Virus record (IMG/VR): IMGVR_UViG_3300050821_002122
Span: 125,690 to 189,689 of that record
Source of the DNA: a virus
Direction: 5' to 3' (one strand)
DNA: 64,000 nt
Shown here: one piece after another, positions 17,460 through 28,140 of the stretch
Position numbering within the stretch: position 1 is the first letter of the stretch
Layout of the letters: every line of letters begins with the position of its first letter
Position numbers and translations under genes: made by a program
The notes under the pieces: generated by a model
Databases searched by the model: none
What the model was told of the DNA's origin: nothing
Seen by the model: only the letters and a program-made list of their open reading frames with translations

Positions 17460-18668
17460 ATGAAATACGAGTACACCATGCTGGACGGAATAAAGATGGG
17501 TCTAAATATACAAGACAATGGCATAGCTTTGGACAAGGAGGAATTGGAGGTCTTGAGAAGGATATTCAAGAAAATGAAAGCAGTGTATTACGAACAGAAC
17601 AAGGAGTATGTGATATCAAAGCCAGGCAATACGTCTAGCATACGTATAGGACTACGGCAGCACCATTCAAACGGAGACCATTGGTACCTAAATATAGATG
17701 GTAATCCAATGAATCACTTCAAAGAACAGAACGTATATGGGTACGCAGACGCAGGTCGTCAGATACGTAATACGTTTAAAGCATGCATATTGTGGTTATC
17801 AAAGCGCAGTAAAGTGGTGATAAATGAAAGCCTATATGGAAAGATAGAGAAAGGTGAGATAAACATCCACAGTTTGGAATTCGCTTCTTATACCAAGAAA
17901 TTGGACTGTGATATAGATCAATTGATTAATTCGTGGCAGGCAATGTATCGATTGGCAAACTGGACAGTAGACGGTAAGACCGAAAGCTTGGATAGGATGC
18001 TTGGTATATCTACGCGCATTGATTCAGAGGAGTATGCCAGCTCGTTTGCCTTAGCCACTATAGAGAAATACCAAAGCAGGGTGTATCGCGTGGTGGGTCT
18101 ACGCCTATACAGAAAGGACGTAGAGATAGAAGAGACCAAGACCGAAGTATCTGCTGAGATATTGGCCGACGTACGCCAACGCCTGCGGGTTGACATAGAA
18201 TTCGGGTCACGCTGGCTGCACCGTAAGAAGATAAAGACGGTAAAGGAACTGGAAACATTCGTTGGCATAAATTACGATGGGGATTGGGCCAAGTTCGTTA
18301 GAACCGAGTTGAATGACCTGATTGAAAAAGCATGCTTGCGCTACATGTGGACGTTTCCGAATATATTCACTTTGTCGGAGAAAGCCAAAATACCACCTCA
18401 GTGGTTCGGGGGTGTGGTAGATGCCGAAGTCAGGCAATGGGCGCTTCAGCGCGGGATAAATCCAGATATCAGTTATAAGGCTCATGTGTCAATGGTGTGG
18501 GCACGCTTGAGTGAGCAACCTGGCTACGATAAATTGAAAGCATTGGAGTCGCCGAAAGCCTACGCTAAATCTGCTCTGAGGGCTTACAAGCAAATGGACA
18601 AACTCAAGAATAATCAAGCACTTGCTGTAGCAGGGTTGACCTTTGATAGAAAAGAGGTGGCCCTATGA
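17460..18668 (+). CDS. Putative phage/plasmid replication initiator, gene II/X (Rep_trans-like) family
   Basis: GNTSSIRI, LNIDGNP...QNVYG, GEINIHSLEF, LRLYRKDVE, LRVDIEFGSRWL occur in the family's motif order. Confidence 0.6.
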   Translation: MKYEYTMLDGIKMGLNIQDNGIALDKEELEVLRRIFKKMKAVYYEQNKEYVISKPGNTSSIRIGLRQHHSNGDHWYLNIDGNPMNHFKEQNVYGYADAGRQIRNTFKACILWLSKRSKVVINESLYGKIEKGEINIHSLEFASYTKKLDCDIDQLINSWQAMYRLANWTVDGKTESLDRMLGISTRIDSEEYASSFALATIEKYQSRVYRVVGLRLYRKDVEIEETKTEVSAEILADVRQRLRVDIEFGSRWLHRKKIKTVKELETFVGINYDGDWAKFVRTELNDLIEKACLRYMWTFPNIFTLSEKAKIPPQWFGGVVDAEVRQWALQRGINPDISYKAHVSMVWARLSEQPGYDKLKALESPKAYAKSALRAYKQMDKLKNNQALAVAGLTFDRKEVAL

Positions 18669-19893
18669 AAACCTCAGTAGTAGGCTTGGGCTACTCGCGA
18701 ACACAGGGTTACTTTGAGGCCACCGAAGGGTTGAAGGGAATGCGTCTCAAAATACCAGTGGACGCAAAACGAGGCACATTAGCGTTGGTGTATTTTACAC
18801 GCATCTTCAAAGGGCCGCCAGTAACAACACATATACTAAGTGGAAATGTCCAATGGCGTTGTGAGTTCAAGGGTACAGAATTCTGGTTCGACGTTTATCA
18901 TATGTGGTTAAAGGCCCGTAACGCTGCTGATGTAGAGCAAGCACTTCATGAACTTGAAATCTTACCCAAGATTCAAAAAGTATTCAAACGAGAGATGGTT
19001 GAGTGGCAAACACTTTGCGATTACATGCCGCGTAGTAGGCCTGACATTGCTATAGTTCAGGCCGCATTATTCAACCAGAATCCAGTTGAGGTACTGCGTG
19101 GCGACGCGAAAGTAAATAGAGCAAAGATAGAAAAATTCTTGGACTACATAAGTCCTGTTATAGACAACCTTCTCTAGGAGATAGACATGTGTGAATTAAG
19201 TCCAGAAGTATTGAAGCACAACGCCATCAGCCAGTATATTGCCCTATCGTGGCCGACCGAAGGTATCATGTCATACCCAGATGAATTGGGTAGCTTAGGT
19301 GGTGTTACGACTCGCACGGTATCACCGTTGGGTGTGGAACCCCATCATATTACCGTCGATGGTTACTACGAGCCAGAGTCCATAGATGTTGATGACGCCG
19401 TTGCCACAATGGTAAGATGCTCGCCGTGGCCGATGAAGGTAGTGTATCTGGATGTCATCAAGACCGGTACCCACATTTGGTTTGAACTTCTAGTGGTGGT
19501 AAAATGACATACCATAAATTAATTGATGGGCAACTGGTAGCAGCGGAAGATGGTGATTGGGTACCTCGTCTAACCTACGACGCACTGACGAAACAATTCA
19601 TCGAGTACCTGAGCGCTCAGTTGGAAAAACTCAAGTTAGATCATCTGGGCAACCTAGCCATAAAAGAAGCTGACAGGTTGTGGGCAATAGAGAACGAAAC
19701 ACCCGTGCAACGGGGAATCAGAGAAGGTGCCGAAGCCCAAGCTCGCGCACAAGAAGAGGTAATTGCTAAAATGGAGTTGCCTGAGAATATACGTGTCTTG
19801 CTTGAGAAGCCAGTAAAAGATAGCGCAGAATTCGATAAGCTGGTGCAAGAAACTCTTGCAATGCGTCGTAAATTTACCGTGGTGATGAGGTAA
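18665..19893 (+). CDS. Hypothetical proteins (18665-19177, 19187-19507, 19504-19893)
   Basis: Consecutive ORFs with SDs. Confidence 0.65.
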
Positions 19894-19895
19894 TC

Positions 19896-20276
19896 ATGAA
19901 AGCCATGACAGCAAACCAAAGAGTCAGCAAGCAACGTGCGTTGCGGAAGAGATTGGGGTGGTATGAAGTGCGTGTGTGGGTACCTACCAAAGAGGATGCA
20001 ACGAGCATCCAAGCACTAGCCCAGAAGATGCGGGAAGTCAGTGACGAACATAAGGGCATCGATCTACATGAAGCTTGCTTGGAGGCATGCGAAAGCCACC
20101 TACAAGGTGTGGTAATAAAGTTGGGGTCTTACCAACTGAAGGAGGTAATCAAGTACTGGCGATCCTATTACACTGCTGGTGGTCGTTTGCTTTGGGTGGA
20201 TGGCCTGAATCATCACCTGACCTCTGTCGAACGTGCAATACTTCTTGGAGTTGACAATGAAAATCAAACTAGCTGA
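19896..20276 (+). CDS. Protein with DUF3018 (MazE-like antitoxin) N-terminal motif
   Basis: QRVSKQRALRKRLGWYEVRVWVP. Confidence 0.5.
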   Translation: MKAMTANQRVSKQRALRKRLGWYEVRVWVPTKEDATSIQALAQKMREVSDEHKGIDLHEACLEACESHLQGVVIKLGSYQLKEVIKYWRSYYTAGGRLLWVDGLNHHLTSVERAILLGVDNENQTS

Positions 20277-20443
20277 CGACCACGGCTTCGGTATCCTTAC
20301 TCCAGAGATGAGTGCAATTATTGATAGAGAGGTACAAACCTTAACTGAGTTCTTATTCTGGACGCATGACTTCCCAGAACCGGTAGTCATTCGAGCCTTC
20401 GATACCGACACGATCTATATCGATCATCCATGGGCCTACTAAC

Positions 20444-21040
20444 ATGAAAACCAGACCAACTAATGACCCCACTGAGGTGGAGGTCGAAATCATTGCTGGT
20501 GGGTGGGTCAGCTACAAGCGTGGCCTGCGGGCGATCATCGAGGAGACCAAACGACGCCACCATATTACATGCAGAGGTTATGGTACACCAATACGCCATC
20601 TGATTGGTCTACGTCACGAGACTATCACCCGCAGTGTACCTGGTACTCCACTGGTTGCAACTCAGTTGTTGGTAATCGCGTTAGCAGGTTCGCGAATCTC
20701 AATCCGCGAAATGTACGAGCTGAACTTGGAAGACCCAGAGATCAGAGAGGTCACCAACGATCTCAGCCTACAGATACAAGGCAAAGCAGTACATGTGATC
20801 CGCCACATGGAAGTAGAGGCTGTATTCGATCTGGCTACACCAGCCGACAACTTTATCGAAGTATGTGCCTATGCCTCCAAGCAGCGTCGGACACAAGCGA
20901 TGGGAGACCTTGGTATAACTCATCCTGTTTTGGGTCACGCTCGCGGCAAACCTCAGGTACCAGCGTCGTGGATTATCAAGGCACATCTTTATACCGGAAT
21001 ACCAATCGCTCAACTTACGGAGATGGGAACATGCAAATAG
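20444..21040 (+). CDS. Tandem HTH-like regulator, paralog 1
   Basis: Two internal repeats, the second ending WIIKAHLYTGIPIAQL. Confidence 0.6.
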   Translation: MKTRPTNDPTEVEVEIIAGGWVSYKRGLRAIIEETKRRHHITCRGYGTPIRHLIGLRHETITRSVPGTPLVATQLLVIALAGSRISIREMYELNLEDPEIREVTNDLSLQIQGKAVHVIRHMEVEAVFDLATPADNFIEVCAYASKQRRTQAMGDLGITHPVLGHARGKPQVPASWIIKAHLYTGIPIAQLTEMGTCK

Positions 21041-21618
21041 AGAACATCGATGGCAGGCTGATTAAAGTTGTACTAGATGACAAAACCATGGTGGTTCAAC
21101 GTGGTGTGTTGGCAATAATTGAGGTAGTGAAGCATCAAAGAAAAATCAAACGCAGTGGTTACTGCAAAGCTGTAAAACCTTTAGTCGGCATGACATCGGA
21201 GGTAGTGAGTCGGTGCCGGACCCAGAACAAGAATATGGCTGCATCCCAAATCCTGAAGGTACACCGCTTGAGTGGTCTACCGATTGCCGACATCTACGCG
21301 CTGGACCTACAAGAGTGCAACCCAATAGCACTACAAGAAGATGTTGTCGAACGCGTACCTGATGCAGTATGCGGTTACTGGCTAACCGTAAATGATGGTC
21401 CCGCTAACTATCACCGTGACCATGTTGACGCCTTCTTAGGCGCGCTGACCACAGTATGTCAAGAACCGAAGCACATAATAATGGGCGAATTGGACCTCTC
21501 GATTTACCGAGTGAGTCAACAGCGTCGGTTGTCCAACATACCCGCACCGTGGATTTTGAAAGCCCACCTGTACACAGGCCTGAAACTAAGCGAGTTATCG
21601 AAATTGGAGGCATTATGA
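21031..21618 (+). CDS. Tandem HTH-like regulator, paralog 2
   Basis: ATG 21031 after a GGAG/GGGA SD; repeats QILKVHRLSGLPI and WILKAHLYTGLKL. Confidence 0.6.
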   Translation: MQIENIDGRLIKVVLDDKTMVVQRGVLAIIEVVKHQRKIKRSGYCKAVKPLVGMTSEVVSRCRTQNKNMAASQILKVHRLSGLPIADIYALDLQECNPIALQEDVVERVPDAVCGYWLTVNDGPANYHRDHVDAFLGALTTVCQEPKHIIMGELDLSIYRVSQQRRLSNIPAPWILKAHLYTGLKLSELSKLEAL

Positions 21619-22426
21619 GCGACGAGAAACTGAGGCAGCAAATTACCAATATGGCCAACGATGAGTATATCTCGGATGCCAAGTTTTTGTCTGTCGTTGA
21701 GGACCTGATCGTAGATCGCCGCACTGAGTTGAACCGAGTTGCGCGAGTGGAGGCGGCCACTACTCGGGTAATTGAGGCTTTCAAGGCAGCTGGTATACCA
21801 GTCAACTCTGAACCACTGTCCCAAGATGAACGAGCAGCTGCCTTGAAGGTAGTGTATGACACAGTACGCGGTGTAACCTACGCATCGCTTGGCAGTGTTC
21901 GTAATGAAGTCTACACTGTTGGCATGGCGATCGCTTTGATTCAGGAGTTGGCCAAATGAATTTAGCCTACATACTAGGTGCAGTCAGTTACGGGCGGACT
22001 GACATTATGCCTCATCTTACCTTCGTGCGGTTGGCGCCAGGTCGCGTGCCACAAACGCACATCAACGATGATATGAGAATACCAGAACTCGATTTAGTGG
22101 TGCGTTTGCATAGCAACGTTACCGACGACGAAGCAATCGGTTACCTGTTGCAGGCAGAAATGGAATTCTACAAGCAGTTATTTGAACCAACCGCAGAACC
22201 AGACGTCTACAACATTCACCATGGTACGGTTCACTATCGGGAGAATTTCTGGACCTACGAAAAAGATGAACGCCCGTCGGCGCTGCGGCCCCATATGTTT
22301 GTGGCACAAGTGAGTTACCACATGATGCAGCGCCTACCAGGTGTAGTAAATAACATTCAGATAAAGACCATGATCTCGAAGACCGAGTTCCGGACCTACA
22401 TTAACGGATTACAGAAGGGCTTGTGA
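21615..22426 (+). CDS. Hypothetical proteins (21615-21959, 21956-22426)
   Basis: ORFs with ATGA overlaps. Confidence 0.65.
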
Positions 22427-23434
22427 ATGTCTAAGCTTATTGCTTTGGGGGACCTCCACCTCACAGATCAGCACGGTAGCGGTGGTCTCGCTAAGTATGT
22501 GGAGAAGCCCGACGAATACGTCATGAGCGAGGTTTCAAGGGTTGTGAAATGGGGATTGAAGCATGATGTTCTCGATTACGTTTTTGAGGGCGATATCTGC
22601 GAGAACCCGCGCATGAGTTATGAGGCACAGTTGGCATTCGCTCGATGCCTGCGTCGCTATCCTGACCTTCAGTTCTGGTTGATCCCAGGTAACCACGATA
22701 AGGTTGGTCGTGACTCAGCGGAAGGTCACTCGCTGGAAATCATCAAAGAAATGCGTATCAAGAATTTGAAAATCTGTTTGACCGATGAGGTGGTTCAAAT
22801 CGGTCGGACGAAGGTTAAGATGTGCCCGTGGCCTTCTACTGCATTTGACCCGAAGATGTTGAACATCGGCCACGTTGAGGTGCGTGGCTCAAAGACCGAC
22901 AGTGGTCGTAAGATGGAAGGTGAGGAATTATCGAAGTCGCAGGCAGTGGTCCTGATGGGACACTTGCACACACCACACAAAGTCCGCAACACTCACTACA
23001 CCGGCACTCTGTACCAAACGAATTTCGGTGAACCTCTACCAAAAGGCTTTCACTATGTTGAATGGACCAGTAGGGATGACCACGAGATTACCCATGTGCC
23101 TTTCGATCCCAAGTACAAGTTGCATAACTGTGTCATCGAATCTGAGGATGACATAAAGGCTCTGCCTCGTAGCGAGACTGACCTCATAAAGTTGGTCGTC
23201 AAAGATGGGGCCGACGTAGTGGTCCCACAGTGGTCGAACATTGTTGTAACCAAAGTTTTCAAAACAAAGAATGATCTGGTATCTATTCTCACCGAAGACC
23301 TTTTGAACGGACATGAGTTGGTCATCCGATCCTCTGACTACTTCAACAAGTGGTTAGGAGCCCAAACGATACCGCAAGCTTTAAAGGTAAGGGCGACGCG
23401 TCTTCGCAAACAAATATTAGGTGGTGGAAAATGA
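22427..23434 (+). CDS. SbcD/Mre11/gp47-like metallophosphoesterase nuclease
   Basis: GDLH, GDI, GNHD, GH, GHLH motifs. Confidence 0.88.
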   Translation: MSKLIALGDLHLTDQHGSGGLAKYVEKPDEYVMSEVSRVVKWGLKHDVLDYVFEGDICENPRMSYEAQLAFARCLRRYPDLQFWLIPGNHDKVGRDSAEGHSLEIIKEMRIKNLKICLTDEVVQIGRTKVKMCPWPSTAFDPKMLNIGHVEVRGSKTDSGRKMEGEELSKSQAVVLMGHLHTPHKVRNTHYTGTLYQTNFGEPLPKGFHYVEWTSRDDHEITHVPFDPKYKLHNCVIESEDDIKALPRSETDLIKLVVKDGADVVVPQWSNIVVTKVFKTKNDLVSILTEDLLNGHELVIRSSDYFNKWLGAQTIPQALKVRATRLRKQILGGGK

Positions 23435-23859
23435 AAGTAGGTTTTGCAGGTTCGCAACGAGGCATGACTCAGTGCCAAAGAGAGACGCTGGTCAAGGTAT
23501 GTAAAGAATTACAGATGACCGAAGCACACCACTGTGATAGTGAGGGTTCCGATATACAGGCGCATCATATCTTTCGCCGTGCTGACCGTTACCTCATGAT
23601 AGCGGCACATCCACCAGCGACATCTCACCGAGCTTACTGCAACGCCGACCATTTCTATCCGCAAGCAGGGTACATCACCAGCAAAAAGAATATGGTGGAT
23701 GCGACTGACATGTTGATCGCCTGTCCCTATACAACTCAAGAGAATACCAAAGGTGTCACATGGATTACAGTGCGGTATGCACGACTGAAGGCGAAGAACT
23801 GCCTAATCATCTTGCCTAACGGACTACACATTTTGGAGATAAATGATGGCAGTAAATAG
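23431..23859 (+). CDS. SLOG (DprA/Smf-like) family protein
   Basis: VGFAGSQRGMT, HPP, VDATDMLIACP, GVTWITVRYA. Confidence 0.65.
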   Translation: MKVGFAGSQRGMTQCQRETLVKVCKELQMTEAHHCDSEGSDIQAHHIFRRADRYLMIAAHPPATSHRAYCNADHFYPQAGYITSKKNMVDATDMLIACPYTTQENTKGVTWITVRYARLKAKNCLIILPNGLHILEINDGSK

Positions 23860-24085
23860 TGTAGGTACATTCTGTGTTGTAATCCACAAGCAACTTGTCG
23901 TAAAAAATTGTCCAATCCGAACCTGTACCTGGCGCGCAGAGAATGGTCAGTGTCGTTATTCTCCGCAAGCAGAATCGTATACCGCTCAAGAGTTGGCCAA
24001 GTTGCTGGACCGCCCTTCTCCCACAGATGAACCAAGAATTAAAGCTGACCTTTTCAAGGCAGTTAAAAGCGCAGTATCCAAATAG
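23843..24085 (+). CDS. Hypothetical Cys-containing protein
   Basis: ORF overlapping the SLOG gene end. Confidence 0.55.
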   Translation: MMAVNSVGTFCVVIHKQLVVKNCPIRTCTWRAENGQCRYSPQAESYTAQELAKLLDRPSPTDEPRIKADLFKAVKSAVSK

Positions 24086-24118
24086 CCCTGAGCTTCCCTA
24101 ATCCTAACGAGGACCAAG

Positions 24119-24835
24119 ATGAACTTTATACCACTCTCCGCCTACGACAAAGAAGGTCGTGATTCGACTAACCCGATCTGGGGTATCAATATCTCGGATC
24201 AATCGGTCACCGCAGTTGCCGGTGAGGTCATTCTCGCCGTGCCGCGCGACAACGGTGACCAGCGCGATTTGCTGAAGTTGCCGAAAACCTGGCTGCCGCA
24301 AGAATTGACTCGTGACATTCCGCGCCTGCGTCTGCTGAATTCGCCGGAGTTCCGCCGCGCCGTCAACGGTGACCTGATCGGCCTGATCTCCGAGGAAGAT
24401 GCCGAACGTCTGTTGCGCCAGAACGGCGCCAAAGAAGAGAAAGCGCTGCTGCGTTCGCAAGAACAACACATCCGCAAAGCCGGTGCGCCACGTACCATCG
24501 CTGACTCGGGCGCAGAGATCAGTCGTCTGGACGGCATCACCGATGACGACGATGATGACGGTTCTGGCCGTAATCAAACGGTCATCATCGATACCAATCG
24601 CAAGAAGACAGTGGCGCAGGCCGCACTCGACGGCGTGGAGGATGTCGAACCTGGTATCACCCCGCAGTTCAAAATGTGGGTCGACCGCCTGAAGACGCAA
24701 AACGACATGGATGTTCGCAACCAGCTCAAGAGCCGGTCTTCCTACAAGAAAGCGGAACTACGGTTCCTGCAACGCGAATTGCCACGCGCTCTGACGCTGG
24801 CCCACAAGCTGATCGCAAAAGCGCTCGGCAAGTAA
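24119..24835 (+). CDS. Hypothetical protein with strong codon bias (possibly abundant/virion-associated)
   Basis: C/G-ending codon bias; followed by a GGGAGGCC/GGTCTCCC terminator (24842-24869). Confidence 0.75.
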   Translation: MNFIPLSAYDKEGRDSTNPIWGINISDQSVTAVAGEVILAVPRDNGDQRDLLKLPKTWLPQELTRDIPRLRLLNSPEFRRAVNGDLIGLISEEDAERLLRQNGAKEEKALLRSQEQHIRKAGAPRTIADSGAEISRLDGITDDDDDDGSGRNQTVIIDTNRKKTVAQAALDGVEDVEPGITPQFKMWVDRLKTQNDMDVRNQLKSRSSYKKAELRFLQRELPRALTLAHKLIAKALGK

Positions 24836-24882
24836 TTACCAGGGAGGCCCTTTGTGGTCTCCCATTTTTCTAGGAGACTCAT

Positions 24883-25485
24883 ATGTCCAAAGTGTACGAT
24901 CAGGCTACTCGCCGAAATCTCAAAGAGATACGCGCGCTTCGCGTCGGTGATGTACTTCGTGTGTACCGACAAGATAGTGAGGTGACCTTCGACTGCTTCG
25001 TCACTCACTGTAGCACCACATCCAAAACGGGTGACGAGTGGAATGTGATGGTTTTAACTCTCAGCAGTTTTGGCAAGCGGTGGTCGGAATCGCGTCGATT
25101 AGCTACCGATCGCTTTGAGGTCATCGGCAAGCTGAGCGTGGCATCTCTTGGTGTGACCGTCTCGGCCAATAAAGCTGTATCTCGCGGTATGCTTAGCTCG
25201 ATGTTTCAGGTTGACGACGCTGGACATATACCAAAATCCGCTAAGATGAAAGAACCAGGAAAGCAAAGCGTACAGACCAACATCAGACGCGAGGGCCACT
25301 ACAGCGAATCGGGCAAGCAACCGAAGTTCGTCATGTCAAAAGAAACTAAGACCAGCCGCGTACCGTCGGCCAAACCCCAGCAACCCAATACGCCGAAGCC
25401 TGCTAAGCCAAGTTGGTCCAATGCTCAGGTCAATGCAGCATTTGAAAAAGCAGGCAAACCAACCTCCACTAAAGCAAAGAAATAA
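24883..25485 (+). CDS. Hypothetical basic protein
   Basis: ORF with GGAGA SD; terminator 25492-25520. Confidence 0.7.
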   Translation: MSKVYDQATRRNLKEIRALRVGDVLRVYRQDSEVTFDCFVTHCSTTSKTGDEWNVMVLTLSSFGKRWSESRRLATDRFEVIGKLSVASLGVTVSANKAVSRGMLSSMFQVDDAGHIPKSAKMKEPGKQSVQTNIRREGHYSESGKQPKFVMSKETKTSRVPSAKPQQPNTPKPAKPSWSNAQVNAAFEKAGKPTSTKAKK

Positions 25486-25687
25486 CCGCATGCGCTGCTC
25501 TCGCAAAGCAGCGCTTTTTTACGTCGCCACAGGTGGTTTTTACTGCGTTTTCCATGCTCTGGCACGCTGAAAATCGACTCTATGACGCTCTGTACGTGCA
25601 GGATGTTGCTAAAAAGCTACATTTTGCTCTGCCAGAGTGATATTTACCACATTCTTTACGATTTTTACCACTTCCACGCTGAAAATC

Positions 25688-25703
25688 ATGCTAAAATGGA
25701 GGC
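25688..25703 (+). promoter_or_regulatory. Extended -10 promoter candidate (TGCTAAAATGGAGGC)
   Basis: Resembles the TGnTATAATAGAAGC copies at 36.0, 48.5 and 58.8 kb. Confidence 0.45.
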
Positions 25704-25731
25704 ACAGCAGCAAACAAACGAAAGGAACCAA

Positions 25732-25992
25732 ATGAAACAAATTCGATTCAGAATGCTTGATCTGCTCAACGTCGATGGCCTGACTCTGCAACAGATGATC
25801 GTGCCCCTGACTGATACGACCGAGCAACGGCTGATTCTCGCAAAAACAGCAAGCTGGGAATACACGTTCGCACTCGATCTGTGCGGAACCGAAATGACTG
25901 TGACGACGCCGTACAATACGCTGAGCCGCAGTTACTGGAAACTCGGCGAACTGATTGCAGCGGAAGTCCCGCACGTAATCGAAACGATTTAA
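25732..25992 (+). CDS. Hypothetical protein (86 aa)
   Basis: ATG after an AAAGGA SD. Confidence 0.65.
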   Translation: MKQIRFRMLDLLNVDGLTLQQMIVPLTDTTEQRLILAKTASWEYTFALDLCGTEMTVTTPYNTLSRSYWKLGELIAAEVPHVIETI

Positions 25993-26026
25993 ACGATTTA
26001 AACGATCTAAACGATCTAAACGATTT
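25982..26026. repeat. Five tandem 9-mers AAACGATYT
   Basis: Directly visible; the unit equals the core of the GTATAAATCGTTTATAC palindrome. Confidence 0.95.
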
Positions 26027-26069
26027 ACACTGTTTTCTAACGTAGTTCAATCTCACTAGGAGTAATATC

Positions 26070-26375
26070 ATGGCAACCGCAAACATCGAACGTACCGTCC
26101 GTCAATTCATCCGTGCCCAGTTCTCGGCTCGTCTGCGTCACAACGAAGACAAGACCTTCGACTTCACGATGACCGGCAACAAAGCACGCTGCGGCATCAC
26201 GAATCCGCGCACTGTCGCAGCGAGTCTGGAAGAACAAGCGAAATCGTTCGCCGAAAAAGGCAACACCACGGTGTTCACGATGCCGAAGTCCCTCGGCGGC
26301 GGCACGATCACGCTGAAAGTCGGCGATGTCAGCAGCGTGACACTGGCCGGTGTCGCAATCGACTTCGACGAATAA
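26070..26375 (+). CDS. Hypothetical protein with strong codon bias
   Basis: GGAG SD; followed by an AGAGCGGCTC/GAGCCGCTCT terminator (26391-26420). Confidence 0.75.
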   Translation: MATANIERTVRQFIRAQFSARLRHNEDKTFDFTMTGNKARCGITNPRTVAASLEEQAKSFAEKGNTTVFTMPKSLGGGTITLKVGDVSSVTLAGVAIDFDE

Positions 26376-26619
26376 GCAATGTGCAGTAAACCAGAGCGGC
26401 TCAATTGAGCCGCTCTTTTTGCATTCAATCGAAGAACCAAATGGAACGCTTCTATCCGTCATTGGAATTTTTTACACATGCCTGCTTTATGTTTAATGAA
26501 GACCCTATCAAACTAATTGATAGCAAAGAGTACCACGCATGGCCGGACGGTACGGTAAGAGCATACGCAGCATAATCTTAGCATTCACTAATAATCAGCA
26601 TCCACTCTCGGAGCAAATC

Positions 26620-27136
26620 ATGAACACAGCTAAAGCAACGAACCAGGCCCTGAAATGGTTCAACCAGAATTTTGCAGAAAAAGACGGTAAGGATTTCTCA
26701 TTGCCGCTTACTGTGCTGTATGTAGACAACACGTGGTTATTCGCCACGCAAGTAACTTCCAACGATTGGGACACTGATCGTATCGTCTGCGTTCAACTTC
26801 AAGGCACCAAGATCGTTAAGATCACGGCTCGCGAATTCGGTATCCTCGCGGATTCCAAGGAGGCCAACACGATTCCGAGCGCTGTTGCATACTTCGCGCA
26901 ATTCGGCATTGCCACGAAACAGCGGTGGAGGAAACCTAATACCGTGAACGTGTCTACCACACATGCGGATGTGGTTAAAAATCTTTAAGAGTTTCGGGCT
27001 GCCAGATTTGTCATGCAACCCTGGCAACAGGCTGAAGTATTATGAATTCTTGGTACCAGGCTTCGGTAGTATCGTTGCGACGACTCGCAATGACACTAGC
27101 TTCGGTATCACTATCTATAATGGTGAGGGAATATGA
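26620..27136 (+). CDS. Hypothetical protein, apparently frameshifted at AAAAA 26977-26981
   Basis: Frame stops at 26988; the +1 frame continues KIFKSFGLPDL...IYNGEGI to 27136. Confidence 0.45.
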
Positions 27137-28129
27137 TAAAGAAACGGAGTGCGCGTATTCAACGCAATGATGCTGGGCAGATTCCCTATACCAAATTGCG
27201 TGGTATCGGACTGAACAAGTACAGGTCCACGCGCTACTACCTGGTTCCCCGTTCCCACGAGAACGGATTCTACAGCGTGCGGTCCATCCACTTCTGGAAC
27301 CAGAACCGCGATCTGCTCAATCCGCCGTCATCACGCTTAGTCAAGGGGAAGAAATGAAACACCTCGATCTGATTTATATCTTGCGGTCGCTGTCGATCAA
27401 CTATGATGTATCCGTTGATTACGATCCAGTACCGTGCCAAATCAACCGTGCATATTTCAAGCGCGAGGGTCTGAAAGAGTTTTTGTCCAGAACTGGACTC
27501 ACCAGCAAAACAAAAGACATTGCACAGTTGGTTGTGGCTACTCGTTTTACCAACTACGAACACGAAGACAAACGCGGCGTTTGGATTCTGTTTGACACCG
27601 TCAACGGCAATTACGATGATCCAGAAAACGGTGACGCGCACATATTCATCTTTGCGTCGCGGCACGCAGCACGCGAGCATAAACGCGAGTTGGATCGTCG
27701 TCGGCAAACTAAACCGAACACGATCACCGTCAGTGGTCCACACCGCTACTATTACGCACAAAAGGAGATACCATGAAGTTCTCAGAACAAAAACACATTC
27801 GCACGGTGCTGTACTGCGAAGGAATATCGATAGAAGTATTCAGCTACCAGGGCGCGCACTACATACAAACGTGGGTGGACATTGATTGGGGATCGCCGGT
27901 TGTCAACTACTTTGTAGCAGCGCAGATTACCGGCGATCAGTACGCGGCTTACTTGCAACGCAAGCTGAGTCTTGCTGAAATCCAGCGCGCTACGCCCGTG
28001 CTGTACTACGGTGCGCACACCGCTAATCTAGATGCAGAAATGCAGATCGTCACCTACGATCAAATTCCCGAAGATCGCCGCGCGCCAGATACGGCGTTCT
28101 ACGATCCAAGCCTCGATCCACTCAACTAA
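27133..28129 (+). CDS. Hypothetical proteins (27133-27357, 27354-27776, 27773-28129)
   Basis: Overlapping start/stop codons, SDs. Confidence 0.65.
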
Positions 28130-28140
28130 AAGGAGTCACC

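Noticed and set aside
20503-21030. N-terminal half of the 371-aa ORF
   Set aside because: It overlaps the real 20444-21040 gene out of frame; the paralogous protein starts at ATG 21031
25982-26026. Possible CRISPR array
   Set aside because: The units are contiguous 9-mers with no spacers, and no cas genes are present
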